From positions 34,465 to 98,464 of the IMG/VR virus record IMGVR_UViG_3300049629_001293: a stretch of 64,000 bases of DNA. One strand, 5' to 3'. Shown here piece after piece: positions 35,745 to 46,301 of this stretch (its first letter is position 1; each line of letters opens with the position of its first letter). Below the pieces are notes generated by a model. The model had not been told where the DNA came from. It saw nothing but the letters and a program-made list of their open reading frames with translations, and made no database searches. The DNA comes from a virus (lineage: Duplodnaviria; Caudoviricetes). The translations under genes and the position numbers were made by a program.

Positions 35745-37373
35745 TTGGTTACACAGGGAGGATGGGTGACAAAACAAAGACAACATAGTGGCTATCCTTC
35801 GATCTTGGATAAGTTAGGATTTGTGGGGCAAAGTATCGCAAACTGGAACCCCTGGGAACCCAAGAGTGAACCGCAAAAAATGGCTCTGTCTTCTCCTGCT
35901 GACATTATCGGGTTTGGAGGGAGTGCAGGTGGGGGGAAAACCGCAATTATTCAGATTATGGCGGTGACACAACACCGGAAATCAATTGTTTTCCGACGAG
36001 AGTATCCTCGATTGCTGGATATTATCGAAAAATCACGACTACTGTTGCGGGGTAGTGGCGCTACTTACAACAGCAACGAAAAGCTATGGAGGAAGATACC
36101 AGGAGGGAGAACTCTAAAGTTTGGCGCAGCACAGCATGAAAGTGATATTGAAAATTGGCGAGGGATTGAGCATGATCTCAAGGCAATAGACGAGGTGACA
36201 GAGTTCTCCCTTGAGCAATTCCTCTTTTTAACGGGTTGGTGCAGAAGTCCAGATCCCCATCAGAAATGTAGGGTAATTTTTACTTTTAACCCACCTAGCC
36301 AGGTAAGTGGGCGATGGATTATTGGGTATCTTGCTCCCTGGCTTGATCCAAAATACGAATCTCAAACAGGGAGACACCTTGCCGAACCGGGTGAGTTACG
36401 TTGGTTCGTGGGGGTGAATGGGAAAGACCAAGAAGTAGATGTTGATAGCTTTTATCTCACGATTGGCAAGGAAATCCACGAGGTTTCTTCTCTTGATCCT
36501 GTAAAGGTTGAAGGAAAACTCTATTATCCCAAACCCAAGAAGATCAGAATCGGAGATGAAGACTTAGAACCTCGTTCCCGCACATTTATTCGCGCGACAC
36601 TAGACGATAATCCCTTCCTGAGAGATTCAGGGTATAGAGGGGTACTACAATCTCTCCCTGAACCTTTGCGATCGCAACTTCTCTATGGTGATATGACTAT
36701 CGAGCCAGAGTCAGACCCCTATCAAGTTATTCCTGGGGATTGGGTCACTTTGGCAATGCAGCGATGGGTTGACTATCCTCAAGTCTTAAAAATGTCCCAT
36801 ATTGGCGTGGATGTGGCACGGGGTGGGATAGATAAGACAGTATTGGCTTTACGATGGGACAACTGGCTAGATAAACTCAGGGAATTTGATGGAAGCCAGA
36901 CCCCAGACAGCAATATTGTCGCACAGCAGATTGCCTCCTGCATAGCAAACACTGGAGTAAAGGTACAAATTGACGTAATTGGTGTGGGTGCTGCGGTTCA
37001 CGATACCTGCCGGGGGATGAAAATGCACGTTATTCCCTTGAAAGGAAGTGAAGCCGCGAAGGATGGAAACGGCGAGTATTTAAAGGACAAAAGTGGGCTC
37101 TTAACCTTTGCCAATATGCGGACTTATTGGTATTGGAATCTGCGAGACTTATTAGATCCCAAGAATCAAATCCCGATCTCCTTACCTCCCGACGATCAAT
37201 TAAAAGAAGAACTCTGTGCCTTCCGGTGGTGGGAAAGCGGGAAAACAATCATGATTACCAAAAAAGATGATATTAAAAGCATTATCGGGCGATCGCCTAA
37301 CCTAGCCGATGCGGTATGCTATGCGTTCGCCAAAACTTACCGAGAAGGATTAGCCGATTGGATGAAAAAATAG
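35745..37373 (+). CDS. terL: Terminase large subunit
   Basis: Walker A GGSAGGGKT, Walker B AIDEVTEF, TFNP, nuclease motifs IGVDVARGG.D and RSPNLADA. Confidence 0.92.
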   Translation: MVTQGGWVTKQRQHSGYPSILDKLGFVGQSIANWNPWEPKSEPQKMALSSPADIIGFGGSAGGGKTAIIQIMAVTQHRKSIVFRREYPRLLDIIEKSRLLLRGSGATYNSNEKLWRKIPGGRTLKFGAAQHESDIENWRGIEHDLKAIDEVTEFSLEQFLFLTGWCRSPDPHQKCRVIFTFNPPSQVSGRWIIGYLAPWLDPKYESQTGRHLAEPGELRWFVGVNGKDQEVDVDSFYLTIGKEIHEVSSLDPVKVEGKLYYPKPKKIRIGDEDLEPRSRTFIRATLDDNPFLRDSGYRGVLQSLPEPLRSQLLYGDMTIEPESDPYQVIPGDWVTLAMQRWVDYPQVLKMSHIGVDVARGGIDKTVLALRWDNWLDKLREFDGSQTPDSNIVAQQIASCIANTGVKVQIDVIGVGAAVHDTCRGMKMHVIPLKGSEAAKDGNGEYLKDKSGLLTFANMRTYWYWNLRDLLDPKNQIPISLPPDDQLKEELCAFRWWESGKTIMITKKDDIKSIIGRSPNLADAVCYAFAKTYREGLADWMKK

Positions 37374-37375
37374 GT

Positions 37376-37792
37376 TCATAACCCAATAAAACAGTCAATT
37401 TGAAACGTGGAGATTGCTACCCAAAGCCGAGAAGAAGTCTGTTGCACCGTTGTAGCGTTAACCTCTCCTTTTAGCTGTACCTTTGCAGTTGAAAGCTCTA
37501 GCGCTCTAACAACCTCCTCGTTAATGGAGAATATCCCGTGTCTGGCATAGATAGCCTCGGTTGCCTTTTCGATCTCCGCATTTAAACGGGAGCTACAACC
37601 CATCGAAATCATCACGTTCCCCGTGAGAGATCCTAGATCGGATGTGTACCAATCTATCGCACCCGTCCGTTCCCCTACCATTAAGTCCCGCCCAAAGTCG
37701 AGGTCTTTTAAATAGAATGCTTTAAGAAATGCTTGTTCAACTTGAGGGACAAACAATTCTATGGTCTGTTTTAATTCTTGGCGATAATTCAT
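37376..37792 (-). CDS. Hypothetical protein, possible tail completion protein
   Basis: 138 aa alpha/beta ORF. Confidence 0.35.
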   Translation of the reverse strand: MNYRQELKQTIELFVPQVEQAFLKAFYLKDLDFGRDLMVGERTGAIDWYTSDLGSLTGNVMISMGCSSRLNAEIEKATEAIYARHGIFSINEEVVRALELSTAKVQLKGEVNATTVQQTSSRLWVAISTFQIDCFIGL

Positions 37793-38542
37793 GCAATAAT
37801 ATTGTTATTAGTCTTTAATTTTATGTTCACCCTCTCTAATTCTAACCTACCTGAAACAATCCTGAGTCCATTCAATCTATTGGCTCCTATTTTGTCTGCA
37901 CAAGGAAGTCAGGTATTAGCTCCTTTGTTTCAAACTAAAACATTTCATAAATATCCTGGCGTTAACCCTTCCCCAATAGAGCTAACAACCCCTGATGCCA
38001 TCTTTACCCTCTATAAAATAGACCTGCCTTTTTTAGCCGTCTTGCGAGTCGGGATAAACAATTTCATTCAAACTACTAACCCAGATAAATTGACTGGGCA
38101 AAGATTCTATTTAGAGAATACCACCGTCTATTTTGCGACCAATACCGTCCCCGATAGTATTAATTTAACCGTACAATTTAACGCGCCTATCCCCAGGGTA
38201 ATATGTGAGTTGATAGTATCTGTTCCCTTGGGAATGATTGTATCTCAAGTTTTAAATAGAGGTGTCCCTCTTAGTTTTGGACAAGTAGGAGAGCGAATTG
38301 TGATCGATTGCTCTGATTCCTGCTGCCGGATTAGAGGAGGGGAAACTTTAGAGATGACAGGGCAATATACCGCACCCCAGAAGTTAATTGGTCAACTCAA
38401 CGTCTTTGATATTGGGGAGGACTTAGGGTTTATCGACTATGTAGAATGGAGAGGTAGACGGTTTGTTGAACCGCAGGGGGAATTTGCTCCTGGTCAGTTT
38501 TTCTGGGATGAGGCCATTCAATCTTTGAAATTAATCACTTAA
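37778..38542 (+). CDS. Putative tail/baseplate protein (start probably the Met near 37823)
   Basis: Beta-rich ORF heading the tail operon. Confidence 0.45.
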   Translation: MAIIHAIILLLVFNFMFTLSNSNLPETILSPFNLLAPILSAQGSQVLAPLFQTKTFHKYPGVNPSPIELTTPDAIFTLYKIDLPFLAVLRVGINNFIQTTNPDKLTGQRFYLENTTVYFATNTVPDSINLTVQFNAPIPRVICELIVSVPLGMIVSQVLNRGVPLSFGQVGERIVIDCSDSCCRIRGGETLEMTGQYTAPQKLIGQLNVFDIGEDLGFIDYVEWRGRRFVEPQGEFAPGQFFWDEAIQSLKLIT

Positions 38543-38546
38543 TATT

Positions 38547-40883
38547 ATGCCTATTGTTTCCCGTCGATTGTTTAAAAATAACATTGTCAAAAACCCTCCT
38601 AGCCTTCCAGTTCCGATAAAACTGGGATCATTAACTGTTACAAAGAGCTTCCAAGATCATCCCAGTGCCTCAATTACCTATGAAGGGATTTTAGAAGAGG
38701 ATATTAGCAGTTACGAACAGGTTTATGAACCTTCTAGGAGTACAAGAATCAGTATAGACGGGATTCCATTTAGGGTCGCTCCCGATGGAGGCTATAGCTA
38801 TGAAAGAACTGGATATTTATATAAAGGAACCAAAAAAATAAATGTTTATACTGTCTCAATTAACCTAGAAGGCTGGTGGAAGGTTTATTGTTCACGGTCG
38901 GTGAAAATTAAGCCTTTGGTTAATAGGGCTACAGGGACATTATCAGCAAGTCGGTTGGCATCCAAAGTAGGTGTCAATCTGTCTGGCGGGTTTGACATCT
39001 TCCTCGATGAAGTTGGTGAAGACTCCGTGATGTCTCTGGATGATGTATTGGAGGAATATGCCTTAGTAAAGGGCTGTTACGTCCATTATGGGCAGTTTGT
39101 TGCGTTAAAAGACATCAATTCCGGATCTTCTTATAGTTTTAGTTGGGAAGAACAACTAGCGGACGGTTCTAACCAGCTAGGAGTTGCACCCTATTACAAT
39201 GGAGCCGCGTTAACCTGGACTCCAAGGGAAAGCAACAAAGAGCAAGTTGACCCGAATGCACCCCCCGAATTCAAGGAAAAAGAACCCGAAATTAAAACTG
39301 AATATGAATATGACCAAGACGTAACAAACCCACCAAGAGGAACATCCATTCTAAGGAGTTTAGATAGCAACTTAGACCAATCTGGCCCCAAGAAAGTTAA
39401 GAGGACAACCTACTCAATTGACGGACAAACAGACAGAGAGGTTATTGAAACATGGGGGTTTGCTTATTACTTAAAAGATTTTGTGGAAACGCCCTATGGA
39501 TTGATAATTTATAATCCGGCAAACTTCTGGAAGCTAATCGAATATCAGGAAACTCGTTATTATTATCAGGAGGTGGTTTCACCGATTTACACACTTGCTA
39601 AACCTCAAAACACACAAGAAATAAAGTATGAATTAGTTGTGCATCCAGATTATGAAGATTATGTAGAAAGTGTGGGGTTTGATGGGATTAAGTTTAAGGC
39701 TTCAAAGGCTAAATATTTAACAAGTATTGTCACGTCTGGATGGAAATTAAGCCGATTTCAACAAGAAGAAATAGGAGGAGACACCGATACCCGTGAGATG
39801 GAAGGTGGCAGTCCGTGGTTTAATGTCGTTAGATTTAGAAGGATAAACAGGTGGGATGAAACTAAGTTTTATCTAAAATCAATGCGCGCAGACTATGAAC
39901 AGGATGCAGTTCCCTACAGCATTGAGTGGGTTTTTTGGGATGAAATGGACGAGCAGATGCAGCGAATGATGTTCTCAAAAGTTACACCCCCAGTAGAGGG
40001 TTCTAATAAAAGGTTGAAAGTGGGCTTAATTACTGCCGACATGGATTTTGTAGAGCCAATGCTGGTGTGGACAGAATCTAGGCAAGCGTCTTCGATTGCA
40101 ACAATGGCTCACCCTGACTCAACCGAAGAAGATCCCCTCCCCGCTTTGGTGGCGGGTGAGGAGAGTTATTATCAATCAATTTGGACTAAAAAGAACGACG
40201 AATATTCAACCGAGAAGATAGTGGAATTAACCGCATCGGGAGCCGGGTTTGTGGATGGGGTTGAGAATATTCGATATCGAGAGATTCAAGGGAGGCCACC
40301 AGAAGCTCAATACAGGAAAACAACATGGGAGCAACAACAACCAAAAGCCACAACAACACTTACAATAACAAAGAGCACCGTAAAACGATACTTTGTCTAT
40401 TCTGATTCAATCCCTGAGTGGGCATCAGAAGGGGGAGAAAGTCTAAGTTTTGGGGCTGCCTCTACACTTAGTCAAGCAGAAAAAGCTGCCAAAACTCAAC
40501 TTACAATTAACACCCTTCAAAGTACCCAAGAAACCCGGACAGTTAGCTGGCACTTCCCGAACATTGAAGGGGGAGATTTTTGCACTTTCAGTGGGGATAG
40601 ATTTCGGGGGAGTTTTAGGGTGTTGTCGGCTTCCTACACACTGGAATACGACGGAAGCCAAAATGCCTATGGATTAGATCCAATCTGCAAAACGGACGGC
40701 ACGAAGTTGACACTGGGATTGTGGGAAAGTCGCTCTATTCGTGTTGAGACAAGAAAAGATATTGTTCCGTCTAGCGAAGGTTCGGATAACAACCAAGGAG
40801 AAGATCCAAAAGTAGACAATAATGCCACTATAATTACTTTAGGAGGGGTTTTGCCCTCAACTGTCCCCGGTCGGAGAAATTAA
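38547..40883 (+). CDS. Putative baseplate hub / tail tip protein
   Basis: 778 aa; C-terminal A..AAK..L...R.V.W..P.I..GD...G.FRV....YT hub-like pattern. Confidence 0.5.
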   Translation: MPIVSRRLFKNNIVKNPPSLPVPIKLGSLTVTKSFQDHPSASITYEGILEEDISSYEQVYEPSRSTRISIDGIPFRVAPDGGYSYERTGYLYKGTKKINVYTVSINLEGWWKVYCSRSVKIKPLVNRATGTLSASRLASKVGVNLSGGFDIFLDEVGEDSVMSLDDVLEEYALVKGCYVHYGQFVALKDINSGSSYSFSWEEQLADGSNQLGVAPYYNGAALTWTPRESNKEQVDPNAPPEFKEKEPEIKTEYEYDQDVTNPPRGTSILRSLDSNLDQSGPKKVKRTTYSIDGQTDREVIETWGFAYYLKDFVETPYGLIIYNPANFWKLIEYQETRYYYQEVVSPIYTLAKPQNTQEIKYELVVHPDYEDYVESVGFDGIKFKASKAKYLTSIVTSGWKLSRFQQEEIGGDTDTREMEGGSPWFNVVRFRRINRWDETKFYLKSMRADYEQDAVPYSIEWVFWDEMDEQMQRMMFSKVTPPVEGSNKRLKVGLITADMDFVEPMLVWTESRQASSIATMAHPDSTEEDPLPALVAGEESYYQSIWTKKNDEYSTEKIVELTASGAGFVDGVENIRYREIQGRPPEAQYRKTTWEQQQPKATTTLTITKSTVKRYFVYSDSIPEWASEGGESLSFGAASTLSQAEKAAKTQLTINTLQSTQETRTVSWHFPNIEGGDFCTFSGDRFRGSFRVLSASYTLEYDGSQNAYGLDPICKTDGTKLTLGLWESRSIRVETRKDIVPSSEGSDNNQGEDPKVDNNATIITLGGVLPSTVPGRRN

Positions 40884-40885
40884 GA

Positions 40886-41059
40886 ATGTCATCCCCAAAA
40901 GAAAGAGAATTAGCAGCTAAATTACTTAAAATATTATCTGATGGACAACCAACTTGGAATGTTTCAGGAAGTTCCATTACGGGCAGATATAGAGGGAAAA
41001 CAGTAACAGCAACAAACCAGACCAGAACATTAAGGGAGTCAGTAGCATGGCGACGGTAA
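40886..41059 (+). CDS. Small hypothetical protein (57 aa)
   Basis: Manual translation MSSPKERELAAKLLKILSDGQPTWNVSG...AWRR*, fills the operon gap. Confidence 0.45.
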   Translation: MSSPKERELAAKLLKILSDGQPTWNVSGSSITGRYRGKTVTATNQTRTLRESVAWRR

Positions 41060-41253
41060 ATCAAATCGCATCTCAGACTTTAAGTAGATTAAATGGTCTT
41101 AACAAGTCAGTGTTAATTGGCAAGGCTTACCCCCTAGGGAATAGTGGATCTGTATTCTCTGGGATGGGTAAAAGTTTTGTAGCTAAAGGGGTGGTTACTG
41201 GTAATGCGATCGCCTTTAAACACAATGGAAAATGGCAAGTTGTACAAGGTTAA
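41047..41253 (+). CDS. Small hypothetical tail-associated protein
   Basis: 68 aa, RBS GGGAG. Confidence 0.5.
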   Translation: MATVNQIASQTLSRLNGLNKSVLIGKAYPLGNSGSVFSGMGKSFVAKGVVTGNAIAFKHNGKWQVVQG

Positions 41254-41301
41254 ATGAGTACAAGGTTAAATGAGTACAAGGTTAAATGAGTACAAGGTTA
41301 A
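41242..41301. repeat. 16-bp tandem repeat GTACAAGGTTAAATGA x~4
   Basis: Directly visible; duplicates the 3' end of the preceding gene. Confidence 0.9.
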
Positions 41302-41304
41302 AAT

Positions 41305-43032
41305 ATGCTAACTTATGCTGGTATTCCCTCTCAAATTCCTGCTCCGGTTGTCTCGGTAATTTCGGGAAGCCTAACGGGTTCGGTAGCAGGATCTCTATAT
41401 TGGCAGATGCGGAACCGCCAAGGATTTAACCTGTATTCCCCACCAACAGCCATTAGTTTAACAACAGGTCAAGGCGTGACTGTAATTGTGCCTGACTGTA
41501 ATTGTGATGGGTATGATCCGGTCTCCTATGTGTTGTCATTCTCCCCGACAAATACCTATTTAGCTGCTTACGTGATCGCTACTTACTCGGCTTCAGACAC
41601 TTTACCTGGGACGCTAACAATTAACAAAAATGAATATTTTGTCACTCAAAGAAGTGTGGCAAATACATCCCAAATCCCTGCCAACAAAATCAATGGAATG
41701 CGGGTTTACGTTGACGAATGGGGGGAAATCAGAGAATGGCAAGACGGTCAATGGTTAAAAGTTTATCCCCAGGAATTCCAAACTTTAATTACATCGACTC
41801 GCTCGGTAAACGGCTGTGATAGGTTGCTTTCTGAGTTCACGGATGAGCAAAAAGAAATTATTATCCGTCCCGATTATGCGGTTGACAGAAGTTACTCGGA
41901 ACCCGTCAAGTTTTGGCTCAGGAATGAAACAACATCTCCCTATTTTGCAGGGAGATCCATATCAGTAGGGATATCGTGGGGAGATACGGACTTAACTGAT
42001 CTGTTTTTTGGTGCGGGTGCGGTCAATTTGACATTTTTAGGATACGTTAACTTAACTAATGGATCTCTGGACACCTCCGCGTCAGGCGGTGGGGAGATGA
42101 CGGGAATTAATCAAAGAATTACTTATACCAACAACAATTCGGGATTGATCTTAGAGAAAGATTTACCACCAGGATATGCCTATCTAGTTGCTGTCGAGAT
42201 TCAGGTTGACGTGGCAAGTTTAGGGGGGAGAGTAGCCGAGAACGCCCAGATAGAGGTCAGCTTGTCAATTGGGGAACGGGTTGGCTACTATTCGGGTGTA
42301 GCTGCAATCATTGGCAATTTAATTAGTGCGGGGTTGGATCTACGTCGAATTGTCCCTGATACCGGTTTAAGCGCGATCGCCTTATCGGGATCGGGAATTG
42401 TCAATGGGCGATCATTTATTGGAGTAGGAGAGCGTGGGGTCTTTGGTTTAGTTGCCAACACTGCCAATCAAATCGTTACTATTAACGGGAATGGGACTTG
42501 TTTCGCAGTTTCGGGGTTAGGAACAGGTCAAGTATTGAGGGCTAAAGTTGGGACATTAAATGGTTGTGGAAAAGCAATTGTAGCAGGGAGTGTAACGTTA
42601 AGCCCTTCAACACAATTAGAGATTAAACTAACGCATCCCACAAATATCAGATCCGACTATCTTGATGTTATTGCAGGAAATTCAAAAGGGAATTTCAATG
42701 CAACAGATATATGGATCTGGATAGGGGGAAATAAGTTTAGCACTCCAGTGCAGCTAGGCGAAGCAACTCAAACTATTGTCTTAACTGGATCAGGAGGAGA
42801 GGCAACTACTGTTCCTGATTCGGAACTGGGATTGTACAGCCCTGTAATTAACTCTGTAGCTGCCGTCAGTGGGGCTTCAGGCTTTGCTAGTGGGAATTAT
42901 TTGATCACAGTCGCATATTACTACACAAACACTGTGACAGCCATTTCTCACCAAGGGATTTTAGAGATGGATTCTGATATTTTGAGTTTTATTGAAAACT
43001 CGGCTAAAAAATATGCCTTAGTCTTGGGATAA
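41305..43032 (+). CDS. Tail/baseplate structural protein
   Basis: 575 aa, Gly/Ser/Thr/Val-rich beta protein upstream of the fibre gene. Confidence 0.55.
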   Translation: MLTYAGIPSQIPAPVVSVISGSLTGSVAGSLYWQMRNRQGFNLYSPPTAISLTTGQGVTVIVPDCNCDGYDPVSYVLSFSPTNTYLAAYVIATYSASDTLPGTLTINKNEYFVTQRSVANTSQIPANKINGMRVYVDEWGEIREWQDGQWLKVYPQEFQTLITSTRSVNGCDRLLSEFTDEQKEIIIRPDYAVDRSYSEPVKFWLRNETTSPYFAGRSISVGISWGDTDLTDLFFGAGAVNLTFLGYVNLTNGSLDTSASGGGEMTGINQRITYTNNNSGLILEKDLPPGYAYLVAVEIQVDVASLGGRVAENAQIEVSLSIGERVGYYSGVAAIIGNLISAGLDLRRIVPDTGLSAIALSGSGIVNGRSFIGVGERGVFGLVANTANQIVTINGNGTCFAVSGLGTGQVLRAKVGTLNGCGKAIVAGSVTLSPSTQLEIKLTHPTNIRSDYLDVIAGNSKGNFNATDIWIWIGGNKFSTPVQLGEATQTIVLTGSGGEATTVPDSELGLYSPVINSVAAVSGASGFASGNYLITVAYYYTNTVTAISHQGILEMDSDILSFIENSAKKYALVLG

Positions 43033-43137
43033 TTTTAAAAATTATGCTTTTAGTCCTAGGGTGAATTTTCTTAAATTAAAAATGCAATCAATAAAAGAGG
43101 GGTTAAAATTAATTATAAATCCTTCTATTTTTGAAAG

Positions 43138-43593
43138 ATGCCTGATATTAGTACACAGCAAACGGAGGCGGCTGCTTTAATTAAAGAGCAAATAGAAGCC
43201 CTGGAGAACCCGGCACAGACACTTCCCTACTGGGAGATTTATCGTGCTATCTCAAACGACGGGGGATCTGCGGATGTTTCCACACTTGCCAAAGAAGCAA
43301 CACTTGGTGCGATCAACGCCAAACTTCCATCTTTATCAAGTGGTAGAGTCCCAGTCTCTTTACCAACAATAACCGCCGAGTTAGATTGTAGATTGCTAAC
43401 AACAAATACAACAATTGCAACTGGTAGTTATTTCATTTATTTAAAGGTACTCGTAGGGGATGTAACTATTAATGGCTTGACGTTTTCATCCGGTGAAAAT
43501 CTAAACTTTGAGGCCATTAATAATGTTTTGTATCCTGCTGTTGAGTTGGTAATTCCTAGTGGTAAATCAGTCCGATTGGTGAGAGGATATTAA
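43138..43593 (+). CDS. Tail-associated hypothetical protein
   Basis: 151 aa; LAKEATL.AI.AKLPSL..GRVPVS motif typical of phage fibre-like proteins. Confidence 0.5.
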   Translation: MPDISTQQTEAAALIKEQIEALENPAQTLPYWEIYRAISNDGGSADVSTLAKEATLGAINAKLPSLSSGRVPVSLPTITAELDCRLLTTNTTIATGSYFIYLKVLVGDVTINGLTFSSGENLNFEAINNVLYPAVELVIPSGKSVRLVRGY

Positions 43594-43594
43594 A

Positions 43595-45151
43595 ATGGGA
43601 ATGTTTTCGGATATTGATTATTCTTTGATTGTTTTGCAATTAGAGAAAGCAATGGCTAATGGTGTGGCTACCTTGGATTCAAATACCAAGGTTCCTAAAG
43701 CTCAGATTAGTTTAACCGCTTCTGATGTTGGTGCGATCGCGTCTACTGGTAACGAAGTTTTAACAAGTTTAAACGCCGCGTCTGGCACAATTTCATCTGG
43801 GCTTTTACCGTCTTATGTTGATGATGTCCTGAATTATACAAACCTTGCCGGGTTCCCAGGTACGGGTGAAACTGGAAAGATTTACGTTGCAGAAGATTCC
43901 AATAAAGTTTACCGATGGTCGGGTTCTGTTTATGTTGAGATATCGAGTTCTGCTACTGCGGGAGAGGCTTTAAAACTAAGCACGCCACGGACAATTACAA
44001 CAACGGGGGATGCTAGTTATTCAGTATCTTTTGATGGTTCAGCCAATGTTACAAGTGCGATAACACTGGCAACGGTCAATAGTAATGTTGGTTCTTTCGG
44101 TAGTGCTAGTTCAATTCCTGCTATTACTGTCAATGCTAAGGGTCAAGTAACTGCGGTTTCAACTAACAGTATCGGGAATGAATTAATTGCTATTCAATCG
44201 CTATCCGACACCCCAGGATTCCTAAAAAAAACAGGGAATGGGACTTATTCTATTGATATTAATTCCTATCTTTCATTGGCAGGTGGGACTATCACGGGGG
44301 ACTTGGTTTCAACTAGCGCAACGGCATCAACCTCTCCTACTACGGGTGCGATTCGTGGTGCTAGTTTAGGGATTACGGGTGCTATTTTTGCGGGTACTGT
44401 TAGTGCCAATTCTTATAATTTGATTCCTATTGGGAGAGGAGGGGGGAGTTTAGGCACAAATACAATAACAGGAGTTAGTGTGCTCCAGGCCAATACCACA
44501 GGTATTGGTATGGCAGGTTTTGGAACTGGGGCTTTACAAAGTAACACCACAGGGAATTATTCAACGGCAGTTGGAGTTAGTGCGCTTTTCAGCAATATTA
44601 CAGGGAGTAGTTTAACTGCCGCTGGACTTAATACGCTTCGTTCTAATACTACAGGGAATAATTCGTCTGCTTTTGGCGTTGGGGCTTTAGAAAATAACAC
44701 TACAGGGAATAATTTAACTGCCTCTGGAGTTGGTGCGCTTTTCAGCAATATAACAGGGAGTAATTTGGCAGGTTTTGGAGTTAGTGCAGGACGTTACATC
44801 GCTGACGGGATTACGGGATTAACTGTCTCAAATAACTCCTGCTTCTTTGGCGTGAACACCAAAGGAACCCAGAATGCAACAAATGAGCAAGTTTTTGGCT
44901 ACAACGCCACCGGAAACGGCTCAAACACCGTAACAATTGGTGATATTGAAATCACCAATAACTTTTTCAGAGGTGCTTTATCTTTGAATGCAACCCAGGT
45001 TGTTTCTACCAGAAGAACCGGATGGACTGCACCAACTGGAACACCAACTCGCACAACCTTTACAACGTCAACTGTTACCCTGGAAGGGTTAGCAGAAAGG
45101 GTAAAGGCGTTGATTGATGATTTAATTACACACGGATTAATAGGAGCATAA
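43595..45151 (+). CDS. Tail fibre / receptor-binding protein
   Basis: ANGVATLDS, LPSYVDDV..Y...FP.TGETGKIY, 14-aa G..AL.SNTTG..N.A repeats, C-terminal L...L..HGLI. Confidence 0.8.
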   Translation: MGMFSDIDYSLIVLQLEKAMANGVATLDSNTKVPKAQISLTASDVGAIASTGNEVLTSLNAASGTISSGLLPSYVDDVLNYTNLAGFPGTGETGKIYVAEDSNKVYRWSGSVYVEISSSATAGEALKLSTPRTITTTGDASYSVSFDGSANVTSAITLATVNSNVGSFGSASSIPAITVNAKGQVTAVSTNSIGNELIAIQSLSDTPGFLKKTGNGTYSIDINSYLSLAGGTITGDLVSTSATASTSPTTGAIRGASLGITGAIFAGTVSANSYNLIPIGRGGGSLGTNTITGVSVLQANTTGIGMAGFGTGALQSNTTGNYSTAVGVSALFSNITGSSLTAAGLNTLRSNTTGNNSSAFGVGALENNTTGNNLTASGVGALFSNITGSNLAGFGVSAGRYIADGITGLTVSNNSCFFGVNTKGTQNATNEQVFGYNATGNGSNTVTIGDIEITNNFFRGALSLNATQVVSTRRTGWTAPTGTPTRTTFTTSTVTLEGLAERVKALIDDLITHGLIGA

Positions 45152-45153
45152 TC

Positions 45154-45486
45154 ATGACTATTGAAAAAAAAGACCATTTTTTTGTATTACAAAGCCAACA
45201 GATTCCTGTGAGTGGGATTTTATTGGATGTTGTAATTGAACTGTGCCACCAGTATTCAATTGTCAATCTTGAGACTGGAGAAGTATTAGGAACAAGCCCA
45301 GGTGAAGGTATCTTAAATTTGGGAACACCCAATGAATTAGAAGTCGAGTTTCCTGGATTTTCAGAGCGGATGGAATGGATAAAAATTGCTTTGGTTACTA
45401 AGGCAATGGGAATAATAGCCACCAGAAAAGCGGCAGAACTAGCTGCAATTGAAGCGTCAAAAAACAACCCAACACCAATAGAATGA
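45154..45486 (+). CDS. Hypothetical protein (possible fibre chaperone)
   Basis: Directly after the fibre gene. Confidence 0.4.
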   Translation: MTIEKKDHFFVLQSQQIPVSGILLDVVIELCHQYSIVNLETGEVLGTSPGEGILNLGTPNELEVEFPGFSERMEWIKIALVTKAMGIIATRKAAELAAIEASKNNPTPIE

Positions 45487-45842
45487 TATCAATATCAATT
45501 TTCTCACTCCCGTTTAATCAATCCGGTTATGCCTTCCTGCTTTTCTTTGCCGGACTGATTTCTATTATTAATGGATTTTCCTTGATATTTGATAACCGAA
45601 AGTTGAATCAATACTTGTCATCTACTCTGTTGATAAATAACGGATTGATGTTATTGTTTGACAGCTTTAACAAGATAGGTTATGACAAGTTTGATAATAT
45701 GAAAATATCAACTTTAATAATTCAAATTATTATAAGTTTTTTATCGCTATTCCTTGTATTGGGGCATCACTATGAACGTAGCAAAAAACTCAAAGAGCGA
45801 AAAAAAGAGGGTGAGTCTTACGATTTTAGAAAGAGGGGGTAA
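45483..45842 (+). CDS. Membrane protein (holin-like candidate)
   Basis: About 3 hydrophobic segments and a basic C-terminal tail. Confidence 0.45.
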   Translation: MISISIFSLPFNQSGYAFLLFFAGLISIINGFSLIFDNRKLNQYLSSTLLINNGLMLLFDSFNKIGYDKFDNMKISTLIIQIIISFLSLFLVLGHHYERSKKLKERKKEGESYDFRKRG

Positions 45843-46284
45843 ATATTGCAATATGCCACGCCCTGTTTTTAGAATTAAATATATAGTTCAGGCATTATTT
45901 TTTAATCATCATTTCCTGATGATGATTCTGGTCGGATTGTTTGGAATGATTTTTACCCCATTAGAAACATCTATTAGATGGATAAATGAGAGTATTGATT
46001 TTTTAAACGCTATCACCCTTGGGGTGGGGATTGGCGGGATAATTTGTTGGTGTTTCGTCTACAAGTTCAAGAAAGAGTTTAGTAGTGAAATTAGCTCCTC
46101 TGTTTGGACTGCTTGCTATATTCTTTTAAATATCTGCCACATCCTTTCAGTATTGTTTATAGTAGTTTTCTTTTTGTCTGTAGGAATCAAGCAAAATGGC
46201 AGTATATCTTCCTTAGCTTGCGGGGTGTTTTCTTCAATGCTTGCAGAGATTATGTTATCAATTAAATATGCCTACAAAAGTTAA
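45754..46284 (+). CDS. Multi-pass membrane protein
   Basis: About 4 hydrophobic segments; start probably the Met near 45853. Confidence 0.5.
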   Translation: MYWGITMNVAKNSKSEKKRVSLTILERGGKYCNMPRPVFRIKYIVQALFFNHHFLMMILVGLFGMIFTPLETSIRWINESIDFLNAITLGVGIGGIICWCFVYKFKKEFSSEISSSVWTACYILLNICHILSVLFIVVFFLSVGIKQNGSISSLACGVFSSMLAEIMLSIKYAYKS

Positions 46285-46301
46285 TTACCCTCGTAATCAA
46301 A

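Noticed and set aside
43595-45151. Diversity-generating retroelement acting on the tail fibre
   Set aside because: No reverse transcriptase or template/variable repeat pair seen; the internal repeats are ordinary 14-aa fibre repeats.
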